Source: Iphione sp. A-MEVVRFRX5
Lineage: Eukaryota
Length of the DNA: 64,000 nt
Reading direction: 5' to 3'
Assembly: GCA_976226885.1 (NCBI GenBank)
Contig: OZ320321.1
Coordinates: forward strand, 33,790,001 to 33,854,000
Numbering within the stretch: position 1 is the stretch's first letter; every line of letters starts with the position of its first letter. A program made the position numbers and the translations under genes. The notes below the pieces were generated by a model. That model was not told the DNA's origin. It searched no databases and worked only from the letters and a program-made list of their open reading frames with translations. Below, piece after piece: positions 35,018 through 50,000 of the stretch.

Positions 35018-38000
35018 CTGAAGGACACTAAGCAGTCGATCAGTTTTATGAATGTTATTTTATCCTCTTCATTTGTGTTAAAAATGTCCCAACATAATGA
35101 GTAAAAAGCCCGACAGAAGCGGTAGCGCTCTTAAGGCAACGCTTCAAGCCCCTTCAACGTTTAAACATGTTGTTCTCATCACACACAGTCAGTTAGTTCG
35201 ATGAAAACGACTGGAAACATTTTTATAAGAATATTTTTTTATGAGAAAATGTTCCCTATTGACGCGTTAGGTGTTTAACTATGACCATAAGGATATCAAG
35301 AGTATGTGGGGAAATATACTGTTTATAGAGGAACTGGCATTAACTTTGCTAAAATGAGTATATCTAAAAGTTACACAGTAATCACGCGGTCACTAGCAAA
35401 TCTACTGACCAAACTGACAAACTCATATTTCTGACACGGTTGTCCGCCGAAATGTCTATTGTTGAATAGAGTATGACCTCATTGACCGACATTTGTGGAA
35501 AGCGACGGAAAGCGACTTTAAATATAAGGATACCCTTCTGTTTTCATTCGTAGTAAAGAATGTTCACGATTTATTTATTGCCTGGTAAACCTTTGGTACA
35601 TATATATGATATACAAATGTATACAGTCTGACTTCATTATAACGATATATTCAATGCAGTAACACACCTTCCAGGGCAAGTAATATTATTACTATTGCTT
35701 TTGGCCCGATGGATAGTGACATTTGGTATAATAACAATTTCTCTGTTACAGTTGGGTCATTATAATAAGACATCTCCAACATTGCTTATGTTATTAATTC
35801 TACTTAGGATAAGGTTATGCTGCATTAGTAGCGATAATCACCTGATATTCATTGTTGGCTGTCATGGCCTTAAATTTCTACCTAAGAGTAACAATTTCCT
35901 TTTAATGCTACCGTTTATCTCCAATGAGAAAGCAGTTGACCAGACATGGTAAATATTATCATTTCCATTCAACGCTGCATGTAAGTTTGTTAATGTGAAA
36001 CATGCAGCTCTGTCTTTTATAGGCACATATCTAACTGGTGAAGTTGTATGGCTAACATGTAGATAAATAACTATATTCATCATCTACTAGAATCATAAAT
36101 GCTTTTTGTACATAATGATTGTATAAAACAGAAAATGATAAAGATAAAATGATAAAGATAAGAAACTAAATATTTTTCGAGTGGAAACTTACTTCTTCTA
36201 AGTCCAGTTCAATCGTATCTTTGTTTCCTTTCTTCTGGATGAATTGGTCTACGGAATTATAAAAGGTACTGATTATCATGAAATTTGAAGTAGTGGTACT
36301 ATTACGATATAGATATATAATCAACACAATACACCAGAATTTAAAAAAGGATGATTCACCGTCAAAACATAGATCTATAGTTTAACTAGGAAAGGTCATC
36401 GTTAGCAACATGTAAATTTACTCTACGCTTATGCAGAGTTTGGAAATACTTTTATTCGCATTTTTTGTACAGTACTGCTCTTGGCTCAATGGTTGTTGAT
36501 ATATATGAAAGATATCAATGAAATATACTTTAAAATCCCATAGGAGGACTTACTGTACATTGTGTAGAGCTTGCACATAATGTGTATGAAGTCTTCTATT
36601 ATAAGTCTTCTTCTACGCCCACCATATCTCCGCACAATAGCTGACTGAACCTTGCGGCTTACGGAAAACCCTACAGGTTGAGCAAATAGGAATACGAGAT
36701 AACTCGTTATCACTTGGCATTGAGATATATTTAAGTACTTCGAGCTAGGGACTGAGCAATTCTGACCTCTCACATTGTTTGGTCGCATTCAAGTCATTCA
36801 TATATAAATGTACATTTCTCTGTGACTTCAGATGCCAGCCTCTCAAATAATTTGATCTCGCCTGCGATCTGGTCTTTAACTGGTTATCTCCGTACACACA
36901 CAAGGATGGACTCACATATTGTAGGACACTCTCAAAAGACATACACGCAGACACTTCAACAGACAGACACACACACACACACACACACACACACGTACAC
37001 ACACAAACATCTGCCATTCCAAATTCTGACAAGGAACATGCACATCAAGGGTAGGTATAATTATTTTGGAAATTTTCTTTGATCCTTGTCTTTTCTACAT
37101 TGTATGATTCAACTACATGAAATTACAGAACAGTTATTTGTTTTGTTTCTGGTCCTGTCAACGCCGTGGTCTTTTCCGTATTGTAATAATTAAGTGTACT
37201 TTCTATCATGAGAAAATATAAAAAGATTGTGAAACTCAAGGGAAACCAAAGGATGTGAAGCATGGATCCATGGTTTTGCTTGTTTTTCTTATATGATGTG
37301 ACCGCTACCAGATGGTTTTGTAGTTTGACCTTCCATTTTGTACATACAGTTGAAACCCTATTTAAGACCACATTGATTTGCAACCAAATTCTATTTCAGA
37401 CCGTCTTAGATTGGAACAGAAGTAATGATTTCTATTACGACTAGTGCCTTCCGCCCATGCACTGGTTGTCTACAGTGAAGGGAGAGTCTCTCTCTCTGGG
37501 AGTTGGGGGGTGGCCGTGGGGGGGGGGGGGTTGGGCTTGGTTTAGAATACAGCAGGGGAGAGCATTTTACCATCCTTGGTTCTGTTGTACTGGTCACAGA
37601 TCTGCATATTCCTATACCTAACTAAAAAAAATACGACCATTTTTTCCAACTGTTCCTCATATTTAGTTTTGTACCATAGCATATGTGACAGTTTCAATTA
37701 TTCTGAAAAAAGCCGAACACAACATGAGAGAAAAGAAATCATGAGCTTCATAAAAAGGCTCACATCCATGAGACCTCCTCCCCATGGCTGTACTACTTTC
37801 AGGCAATGTTGTATAGAGGTAGTGTAAACAGTGACCTATTTGTGACCAAACTTACTTTTAAGACCATTTTTGACTGGAACCAAGTGATAGTGGCAAACAT
37901 TGTGTCTACTGTATTTTTATGTGCAGACATTCTTGGTACGGATCAGATGTGATTACAATGTGGACCAACATGCTTAAACAAAATGTTGGCACATTTTTGT

Positions 38001-41000
38001 TTGGAATTGTATTTGTAAAGCATTAAGATCACGGAATATAGAGTAGAACTCTCTAATGCAACCACTGAGGGACCTGCCATGTCTGCCCTTAATACAGGGC
38101 GTTTCTCATCATAGTTAAAGTAGTGGGTCCTGTAAAACAATTCTGGGTTGCCCCCATAGTTGAGTTGCCCAGAGGGTGTAATTATCTAAGTTAACAATAT
38201 ATGTCTGACAACTGTTTTGGTTTTGACAGAGTGATTATTGAAAATGTAATAAGTAACTCGGCATATTTTGAACTCCAGTACTATGTTTGTCCAGGATGTA
38301 AAATATGCAGTTCCTTGACACATCTACTTTGATTCAAAATTAATGTTTACAATATAGAAATAAATACCTTTGCAAAACATCGATAGTATAGATACCTGAG
38401 ACTATTGGATATATATCAGTCAGAACTTGTGCTGTCGATGCCTTAAATTGCTATAGATTAAGATAGTTATTCGTGTACCACGCAGGTTTCATTGATTTGA
38501 TTTGATGGACCTAACTAACTTATCGATCCACCTAATAAGTTTATTGATCACTAGGGAAAATACGAGTTTGTTTTCAAGCTGTAGCCATACTTTCCCCTGA
38601 AGCTTAAAAAAGGAAGACAGACGATAAAAACAGCATACTACAAAGGTATTTGATACTGAAAATGCTTCCGGGATGGTTCGCCATGAAAGCTGACAAATAG
38701 AAAGACGTGGTCTACAAACTGGGTGCATGCTGCAGCAGATCTAATCAGAGCTCCTCTATTGAGAGTGAGGTGGGAATGATCCAAGGGTTAATGTTATTTG
38801 GGTTAAACCCCTTAAATATAGGATACACCTCGTCCTTATAGCACTCGCAATACCATCCTCATTTGGGGGGAGGAGAACACCCTATAATAGCCAGAGTAAA
38901 TGTATATAACCAGTCTGTCAATACTATGAATGAGACCTCCTTCTATGGAATATTTTTGGCAGTGATTGTCGCGTTGGTGTGCTGTGAGAACATCATTACA
39001 AAAAGATGTTTTGCAGAGATCGGCTACTTTGTCACGAAGTTATATGCACAGTGATTACCTTGTCAATGTTGTGACGCAATGTATTGCTAGAATTTATATT
39101 TGTTACTGGTCCACAACATGTCAATTTCACATTCGTTCAATAATCTTCTGCCTATACCTACATTCATTCGGCTTGAATGTCTGAACGCTCAAGGGAGTAT
39201 ACTACGTGTACATGTATATGCCATTGCAATCTGAAAGGATACACTGTCTTCTTTTTTTTTTATAAAAGAAAAAGCATTTTCATTGCTTAATACCAATGTC
39301 AACATGATTTCATATGAATTGTTGTGTATAAATGATATTGTCATTTAACTAAAAACTATCCAAACTGTGTGAATCCATTGTTCATTAAGGAACATGAGGT
39401 AAATATAGATAATCGCAAAGATGACCTCTAGTGGTCGAGTGAAGAAATACAAAACGTTATGTGTACAATAATGTTGTAAACACAATATCACAATGATGCT
39501 ACACCAATGTGAGTGACGTGAGACTGAGGCAAACATACCACAGTCAAATTCATTAATCAGACCATCCTCTAAATTAGATAGCCCTCTTTATTGAACATGA
39601 AAGGTGGAATATACGTTAATTGCTACATCCCATATTATGGCCAGTTCTGTTCTAGTCTCTTTGCTACCTAGATGTAAAGGACTAGGAGGCTCAAACTAGT
39701 GAGACCCGCTTTATAAAGTAAAATAATCTGTGAAGGCTACTTTAAGATTGCAATCAATGTTTATAAATAATCCTTTAATTATGTACTTGTAAGTTAGGTA
39801 TGTTGTGGTGCTTCAATGCTAAGATTATCATAAGCATACTGAGGCGTTTACTCATTTCAGTGTATAACCATAACATTGACCTGCACGTAAGGACAACCTG
39901 GAGGAGTACATGACATGCTCTAAACGAAAAATGATGTAACGAGATTACAATAGGTCAAAAATCAGAACTGCTTTGGCAAGGTGCCTGTTTGTCCGTATTG
40001 TGCCCTTCTTCTGTACTTACCTATTGCATTAAATAGTTTGGTAATCTCGAAGGTATCAATGGAACCAGTCCCATCACGATCAAATGTCCTGAAGGCAGTC
40101 TGAAAAACAAAACACATAAGTTTTGACAATATCTAAGCATACTTTCAGTATGGCTCTACTCATGTTGTGAATGTTTCTCTTTGCTTCACCTCTTAGCATA
40201 TATTGAGTCCTGCATACATATTGCCCGGTATGTTTCGTCTAGTTTTACTACATCGGTCATGCATGTACAGATGCTAACCATGCCACATTTGGCCATTTTA
40301 ATTGTAAAACTCATCAATATTTCCAGAGCGAAAATAAGATATTATGTTTCTCTTTCACATTTTATTCATTGTGTTGCATGCAGGGTTCATCTGTTAACTG
40401 TGCTGGTGCACTGGCCATCCTCAGAACATGACAGCAGTTCTTCCGAGTCCAAATTTAAAGCTGTTTGAGTGGTTAGTTTTTATGGCTGTAGCAAATGCCA
40501 ATCACATAAGGAGAACACGCAACTTCCCTGTGACCCATTCCACCATAACAAGAACCTAGAGCAGCCGACACAAAATCAAATAAACAGTTCAATCAGGCAA
40601 ATTCCATGAGGGCGTCATGGGTTTGCGAGGTGAAAAACATTTACGTGTATTTATCGTTTATGCGTCTGCTCATCATTCTTGTTAAAGTTATTCCTCCTCC
40701 TTCTTCTCCATCCCTCGCCTCCCGTACTCCCTCACTTTCCTCCCACGCCTCTGCATTCTGTTCCCTCCACCATTCTTTACTCCCTACTTGCGCTGGTTGC
40801 CTGATCACTCTCGCCTTCTGCTACCCCTTCTTCCCCTCCGGCTCCTCTTCCTCCTCCTGCACCTTCTTAATCTTTACAGTCTTCCTTCTTCTCTTTCTTA
40901 TTTCTCCCTTTTGCCGCATTTTTCGACTCTTGTATCCTTCTAATCTTGTTTTTCCCGTCTACTGCCTCCTCCACCTTCCCATCCCTTTTTTTCTTCTCCT

Positions 41001-44000
41001 TCTCCTGCTCATCCTCATCCCTTTGCCATCATCTCCCTCATATTCTTCCTCCTGCTCTCACTTCCCTCCTCCTCCTTATTATTATTATCCTTTTACCTCC
41101 TTCTCCCTATCTCTCTGCTTTTTGACTCACCCAAGTCTCCTTCCTCTGCCTTTTCGCACTTTTTATGTTTTTATGCACGATTATGTTTAACCTGAGCCAA
41201 ACAGTATACGTATTCCTTCGGAAAACCAATGTGTCGCATACTACATGTATTGCATTTTCGCATCTCATCTAGTAATACTACATTTAATCCAGGAGTTAAG
41301 GTACCATGCAAAAGCTTAATTACCGTTATTATTAAAAACAGGAAAAATCCTCTACTTACCTTCCATAGGGTATAATCTTTAAAGAGTCCTCGAAAATCTT
41401 TCAAGCGTATGTAACCAACTTCATCAACCTTTGTTATGTTAAGTGTTCCAATTGCATTTTGAAAATTTGCTAAAAAAATCAAAATTATGAAATCTCAACA
41501 TGTAAAGCACTACGCCCATGTACGTGAACCTTCCGGACCCACTACTCCGTGCATGGAGACCAGCAGGACCACTCCAAGCAGTTAAGATAGAATTATCCCC
41601 ATGTGTGCGTACAACCCATACCCGCCACCTGATGCGTGTGGACCGATCGGTGTTGGTCCGGTCCTCCCGGACCCCACCACCTCATGTGGCCGATGAATAA
41701 GCCCCAAACCAGGCAAATAGACCTGAAAGAAGGTAAAAATCATGCAAACTTGGCCAGAAAACAGTTGAAAATGGTGTATCTCAGGCAAATTGGCCAAAAA
41801 ATGGCAAAACTCAGATAAATTTGGCTGAAAAACAGCAAAATTCAGGCAAATTTGCCTGAAAAGCAACAAAACTCAGGCACATTTGGCTGAACCGCATGCA
41901 AATTGTGGAAAAACAGCAAACTCCATGCAAATTTGGCAAAAAACAGCAAAACTCAGGCAAATTTGTGTGTATTGCACGTGTACGTGGGGATAAGCCCCAC
42001 ATCAGGTCTGGACAGTCCATACCACACAGCAAGTGGCAGACAGACAACCCCCGTACATGGAGATAGCGCTTCATGCCATGTATAATCAATCTATAAGGAA
42101 AGGATAAATATGGTGACAGATAGTTTGTACACTAAGCACTCTTTCAGAACATGTTATTATTGTTGGACCCAGAAGGATACATCATGCATAGCAAGAAGAC
42201 TTCTTGCAGTTTCAACTCCGATTTGGCGACCATCTGAAGAGAAAATGAAACAATAGCATTGAATGGCTGTAAATTGAGCATTGAATATTTCTAGCAGCTC
42301 ATACAAGTATAAGCGGTTACATAATGTGCCCTTCTCTATCAATATCGGTCACGTCACGGATTCCAAATACACAGTATCACAAATTCATTTCTTGAGGATA
42401 AGTGATTTTGTTATGGAGTTACAACTGGACGCAGAATTCCAAAATTCTTTAAGTTTTTTTTTCTGCTGCTATAACACTTACATTGTCTGACTGAGGTGTC
42501 TTACATGGATATTTCGGGAGCAGAGACGACACTTTGTCATAATTATTCATAAGACTTAGTAATCATGTACAATAAAATATAGACACATCAATAAACATGA
42601 GCTTATAACCGTTCTAGAGCAGATAGCCTTTAAGACAGACATCGGAATATTTTAATGGAGTAGGTCACCAATACGTTCCACTGATGCTTCAGCTGTATCC
42701 GCCGTGAATAATATCGATGTGAAGCCCAGAACAGGTGGCTTTTTTACAACAAACCGACCTCTATCGGCGTGTTTACGTACTATTTCTCCAGCTGAAACTG
42801 CTTACATATACATATGCGTGATAAAGCTTCCCTTCGTATGTCCACTGATACATATACATCATATGTACATTGCGCCTCGTGTTGATTGATTTCTCAATTT
42901 CGTCTTAACCCCTTGTGCACTGTGCGATACAACCGTTTTTGTATTGGAACTAGTGTTCAGAAGGTATTTTCCTATTATACCTAGTATTTTATGCCATGTA
43001 ATATCATGATACATTAAAAAAGGCAAGATGCATTAGGTTTTTTTTGGGTATCAATGATTTCTTAATTACTTGGCCAGCATCGAAACAGGGTCAGCTTATG
43101 AACAGTAGAAATTATGTTCATTATATTTAGGCTTGAAATAGAAAAAAATATTCCCTAGAAAAGAGTTCAAGTACAAAAATGTAGCCAAATTTTCGGTAAC
43201 TACACAATGTAGGTGTAAATCCACTTTCGAACACTTTTAGATTAGAAATTAGCTCTCCGGATTGGGGAGTAATTCATGCTTAGTGAAGTACAAGATCACC
43301 CGTGCTATTTTATGGAATATCAGTCTTTACTTTTCAATTCACACGGTACACTTAATCTTGCATTGTTTCCCGAACTTTATTCTTTTTCTTAATATTAGCC
43401 CCAGGGAATTGCTACTCCAATTTCATACCGTTCTGTCCGTCCTTTCTTGCCTTCTGCCCAAAATTATCCCGGCATGTGTGCCGAGAAACTTGATATGTGG
43501 ATGCCGATCAACTTACTTCCTGTTTGCGGAAATTGGTCCACTGTGCAGAAGAAACATGCCTCGCTTACTGAGGGCTACGCCTCATCTTTACCTAGCTAAT
43601 TCTGCTGCCCTTCCCCCCATGTTAGTAGTGAAAAGTGCCATTTTTTCTTGTCAAACGGCAACATTACATTCACTGGTATTTATACGCAATGGCCATCGTC
43701 TGCTGGGATGTGAGGTTACACGGGTTTCTCAAGGGTTTCATTTACGAACGAGATCGAAGTTTCTTATTTTGCTTATATTTCTCTGTTAAAAAGCTGAGTC
43801 GACATCACAGGCATCATTTTGTTTGTTTAGAGATTGGAACACATCTGACCTCAAACCGTATTAAACCAGAGTGTGCAGTGTACAAAACATTACTGCACGG
43901 CTATCAGCACTCATAGCTACACTTTGTTGAATTGCTATATTACATTTATTGGGAGAAAAGCAGTTACGACAGATATATATATATATATATATATGTAGTT

Positions 44001-47000
44001 TAAGATACCTTATGGAAAAAAAAAACATTCAATAAGTCAATGAGGGTAAAACATCGGGGCCAATGGAGGTAAACATCAGGTATGTTGGTAAGGACCGTAC
44101 ATTACATCACACCGTATTATAGCAGTGTATCTGGTTAGGTGATACCTACCACCGTTATGTATCTCATTGATTGCTTCCATTAACTCCTCGGCGTAAACAC
44201 GACCGTCGTCTCCAGCATACTTGGTGAACAAGGTCTCAATATGATCATCCTCCGCCAAGTCCTTATCAAATGAAAGAATAAAAAATCACTGAATAACTAG
44301 CACTTCGTATCTTAATGCCTGTAAAATGCAATGTCAATGCAAACTTTCTAGAAGTTAAAGAATTAACTGATAAAAGCAAAAGACATCTAAGCCTGGAAAA
44401 ATTATTCAAATGTTCCTTAGCAGAAAGACCTGTAAATCATGTGGACACACTTGAAATCCAAATAGATTCTGGTCGAATAGGAATTCAAAATATGGCAATT
44501 TAGTATAATACAAAGGAATGTCCACGTCCTAGCCCTTACACGTGACAAATAAGGTACATATGTACAAGTAAGAATTACTGAGAAAAGATCAGTTCCATTG
44601 GGAAAATATTATTTACTGCTTGTACTGTTCTACTCCAGAATGACGGACAACAGATTTGCAAAGGCATTGGGTCCCACCTTGCATACCTTCAGTATTGAGT
44701 CCGTTCTACGTAACACAATACATTTCCCTCTCCTGTCTCCCAACCAACGTTTCTACCTGGCCATGGACAGCTGTCATATTGTTTAAATTTCTGGCTAGTT
44801 CTACTATAGCCCCCACTCCAGCAAACCAGCCAAGGTGGAGGCATTTGATCACAGGGTTCTCTCAAAGTTTGCTTAGGATTGATTTTGGAGCAGAGTCATG
44901 TTTAATTCGATACTACCAGGCATAGATCATTCTCCTTTTACTATTGATTATATAACATTATCTAACTTAAAAAAAGAGAGGAAGTTGTTCTCAATCTGTT
45001 GCTCAATGTACCATATCAGTGTACATTTTTGTTTCTTGCTCTGTTTCTATCTTCATTACATTGTCTGCTGCTGTTTGTGCGTCTGTGTCCTTGTTTCTTG
45101 GGGTATTGCTATATTTTTTGCATCTTTGTCTTTGTTTAATTTTGTAGTGCAATAATGTATCTACCTCCTGGCATTGTTTCTTTTCTATTTCTATGTATGT
45201 CTCTCTGCTTTGTTGTTTGTTTTTGGTCCCTAGGTTCTCTGCTTCTTCTTTTAATTTCTTAAAATGTTTTTCAATGCGTCCAAGCTTGTGTCTCTTTTAC
45301 ATTGTTTCTTTGTTTATTATTGTGTGTCTCTGAGTCTGTTAGAGTAAGTCTCTGACTATTGTTGTATTTGTGTGTATGTGGCTTTGCGTCAGTGTCCAGT
45401 ACTAAGTTTGAATGTCTATGTTTCTTTGGTTCTTTGTCTATGTAGCTATCTGTTTCTTTTGCTTTTGTGTCTCAGGACTTCTGACCCTTCATCGTTCTAC
45501 GTGTATCTATTTCAATGTGTTTCTCATGATCTCATTTTGTAATCACTTTTTTGCCTCTATGTCACCCAATCATCTGCTTCTATGCATTTCTGTCTACTTA
45601 TACACAACTGTCTCAGTGATTTTTTGTCGGTCTCCTGTCTCTCTGTGTCCCTGTATACCTATATGTTTATATATTCGTGAGGCTGCCTCTCTCTATGCCA
45701 ATGTCTACAAACCTCAGAAAAAGAAACAAACAATAAACGGGGAAGTTTTCGATTCCGATGTAGCGACCGAAATAATAAACGTACATACACATAACTACAT
45801 GTGATATATGTTGTAAAATGTCATCTCAAAATTAGTCTATATTTTATATTGATGTAAATACAAAATTATGAAAAAAATAATGGAAAATGTAGTACGTGCC
45901 GCGTATTTTATACTAACCCGGACAGGACGGGTAGCGACATCGACAACACTGAAAAATAACATGTGGTAACATAAATCTTACACAAAAGCTCACAAGTATT
46001 GGATACATTAGTATTTATGTGAACATGCGGCTTAGGACAGATCAGTTTGCATTGTCTCATGCGAATGCTCTACAAGACTGTTCAAATCATTGAAGATCTG
46101 TTATAATGCATCCCTATTATTGAAAAATAGAAATTATTTTTGTGTTAATCAGTTACGTAGACCCCACTTAGGGATACACACGCAGTACCCAAACGAACGC
46201 ACTAGACTTTAAACAGAGGAATGGTCTATAGCAAATAACAACTGATAAAAGGACTTTATTCTTCGTACCATATTATGAAGAATTACATCACAAAATACCA
46301 CCAGGTATGAATATTGTTCCCCTAATGGTGTCTATGACACGTGCCTTGCAGCAAGAATTAACCGCCTTTCCCTCTTTACCTGGACTTAGCCTTTTTCTCT
46401 GTAAAGATGCGTAGGAGGAAATGACCCTCTTTATTTGGCAGGAAGGTGGTGGGTATTATGACGTAACTTCCGGGCGGGAGAAGATGTCTGCCGGTGCGTT
46501 CCCTGAGATTGGTGTAGCGAGCTGCACTGATGAGGGCGCCTATGTCCTCTTTGTCATAGTTGCTGCCGTCGGGCAGAGGCTTAACGGTGCCCTTGACCTG
46601 CGATGAGAGAAGAGTAGTTTGTTAGAAACAGTGTCATGCACCACTCAGGGAGTCTGGATGGTTACAGAGCAGAATAGTTCTTTAGATAAAGGTTGTTGTT
46701 ATAGCTGAAGTATACGCAGGTCTCCTGGGTGCTCTCAGAGCAGAGTAGTACAATAGAAATGATGTTTTGACAGGCCATGTACCCTCAGGGACCCTTGATG
46801 ATCAGTGATAATGGATTAGCAACTGTGTGCAATTACAGGAATCCTGGATGATCTGTGATATTATCGTAGATTAGAAACTGTGTGCTATGACAAGGATCCT
46901 AGATTGTTCGTGATCATAGTAGTATGTTAGAGGTAATGTATTATATATTTTAAAGGACCATCAATTCCTACGCCACCCGCATTATACAATCAACTCACTC

Positions 47001-50000
47001 CAGAACCAACGCCTGCCTTCCTACGGGAAGAAATGAACTGAAATTCTTCATGACACCAATATTCGTAGATGATTTATTCTTATGCGTTAACATTCTTTCC
47101 TAGGTAGAAAAGAATACGGTCATTTTGGTACGTAGGTCTGTTTAGGATGCCAGGAAGGCTACATCGTGCGTCACAAATCATGACCACAATGGGAGAGGGC
47201 GACTTCATGCTCCTATATAAGACACGTAGTACGACGCTCCCGCGGCCTGCGGTGGGGGGCAGAAGGTGGCGACGTTAGTGGTGAGAATGTTATTGACGGC
47301 TTTCACACATTTATCAGGTGAGGAGAACGACGCCTCGGTGAGAGTTGATTGGCCCACTGGTGTGGCACCAAGTTAGGCTGTGTTGAGTCAATTGAACAAC
47401 CGATCAATGAGGGGACATCGTCCATTAAGCAGCTGAATGCGGCGAGGGGGCCAGAGGAATTGCGACTGAAGCAGGTCAGGAAATTGTGATTAGTCGGAGG
47501 CTAGGGAAAAAGTAATTTTTTTTCTCTCTAGATTTTATAGGGCCATCAATTCCTATGCCACCCGACGCTGTCCGCCATGCAGAAAACAAATCCTGATCGA
47601 GAACCGAAATAATTCTTATGGGCATTGTCGTTTGTTCTCCTTTCCCCACCCCCAAATATTTGACAAACTTCCAGTCATGGAGTCTACGAGAAATCAATAT
47701 GAAAATGAATATTTGGCAACAATCTGATCAGAGAGACATAGGGTTTCATAACAGAATGATTAAAAGATTCATATCTTTGGAGTGTTGTTTTCAGTTAGAA
47801 CCGGACAGAGACAAGCAATGTTCAAGCAATGCGTCACATTCTCTGATGAGATCAAGAACCTCTCTGAAGTTGAAGCGAAGATATTCTGTTTCAAAGGTCT
47901 AGATAGATGGTCCAGGAAAATGTTCAGAGTGTCCAACAACATTATTCCCGAGGTTCACGCTACCACTTCCTTGGGGCAGGTGAGGAAATAAGCAAATATT
48001 TTGCATGCTTCAAATTGATTTAATCGAAGATTACTCAGATGACTTCGCACGACACTGGTGTCGTGTTGCTCACGTGGAGCTGCTCACCTTAAACAACTGG
48101 TAGCTGATGGAAAGATCCATATGAAAGTCGATGGTTTGCTGCATGAGGGCCACGATTACCGAGCACAAACCATCTCCATCCTCGTCGTCAGGCTCCGTGA
48201 CTGTCACCTGATACTGTGGGTTTGTCCATAGCAGATCTGAAGCAGTGGAATCATCAAAGGTGCAAGACAGGCATAGTTAAGACGGACAGGTTACGTGTTC
48301 GAGTATTTGTCCATAGTGTTAAATCTGCAAAAAAAACCCAAGCGCTACACATAGGATTCGTATACACATGTTTCAGGCATGAATCAAACCCAAGTCTGCC
48401 TGATTGTATGTGCATGAAGGTTAAAAACAGAGACAGATAGGGAAGGAGACAGACGAACAGGCAGACACAAGCACATACAGATACAAATCTAGATGAATTC
48501 AGAGAGTTTCTGTTAATTTCGTATGTACTTTCTGTAAACGTGTGTAATTCATACATATTGTTTCCATGATGGAGGCTCTTAAAGTGACCAGCCCTCTGGG
48601 TACCTTCCGCCGCCTCTCATTACAGCATTTTAAGACACCTGTAGTGTACATCGCACACATGTAGACACATCATATATATACATATGTAAATTATATAAAT
48701 GAATGGCTTATAATGGTAAGAGAAACCAAGCTGTGAATACATATCCGAGAAGAGAGAGAGCAAGAGACAGAAGAGAGAGAAACAGACAGGAGAGAAAGAC
48801 AGAGACAGAGACAGAGATAGAGATGAGCAAAAGAGACGATGAAGTGTAGGAGCAAAACCTATACTTTAAGTGGGTTGTTTTTGACTAATCAACACTAAAT
48901 TTATAGGAGTACACGAATACTAAAACCTAAATCGGTTAAGATTGACTCATGCACCTTTAAATTTATATACGTGGGATTGTATTTCAAGAACAACATCTGG
49001 CATGAATGTCATTCTGAGTAGGAATATATAAAGAGGAGACAAAACTTGGTGAGCGGACGGAAAAAATTCAGAGAGTATTTAATCTTAATGCATACACAAG
49101 AAATCGAACGATGATCGGAAAAAAACTTCGAAATTTAATCCTACCTCTTTTCGCAATCTTTCAAAATGACCCCGAAGGCCATATCAAATTATCTCTTACC
49201 TTTGACACGTGCTTTCATCGTAAACGTGACCCAGGGGAAAGACCTTTTCAATGGAACAGACAGACATAAAAACGTGTCTCTCCATGTGTGTTCGCGTGAA
49301 GGATCATTGTCCTTAGAAACGTGCTAGTGGCCACGAAAACGGGCCGCCCATGGACACGAAGGACAGAACGCTTAATTTGCCCCTCTTTTAAGCATTTTTC
49401 AGCGCTTGTACATGACATCACTGCGGTCAAACCCGTTTCTCCAGCCTTGTTTTTCGTGATATCGCCGCTTACTCTACGCGCAAATCAGGAAACCCCGTTT
49501 TGGGGTTGTTTTCAGCAAAGTGATTTACAAGACCATAGATTTCACGAAAGTCAATAAGTCCGAGCCACTATCTCAATAATGGATTTTACGGTAACAAACT
49601 AAAAAGGTTTAACAATTTGCAAATTTAGATTAAAATATTTAGAAATAGTTTTCTTTGTACCTGATATATCGAAATAGTACTGAAGCATCTGTGTAATAAA
49701 CACAAGGATATTCGGGTAAGCAGGATGCTATAAGCAAAAAAATCCTTAAATGCAAACATTGTCAGATATGCTGTTTACCGCTGTGCAGTTTCTTTTATAT
49801 TCATTTAGAATTAAAAACCCTTCGTGTTATTTGTCTTTCACATGTCTTGTTCTGTGTCCTCTTCATATGTTCCTAAGGGAAATGACATACATCACCGTGT
49901 CAATCTATTTATACTTGCATGAGCCAATCTCGACCGAATAATCTCTCAGTATTTGACTTTTTAAAAAAGATTCTATCCTGTTCATGAGACATATCCCTCA

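Noticed and set aside
40380-40490. Extra calpain exon candidate between EF2 and EF3
   Set aside because: Both possible acceptors give an immediate stop in the required phase, and the flanking exons already join in frame.
40606-41190. 194-aa ORF (also 43262-43789, 45412-45804, 55167-55670)
   Set aside because: Low-complexity, A-poor sequence lacks stops by composition; no domain signature.
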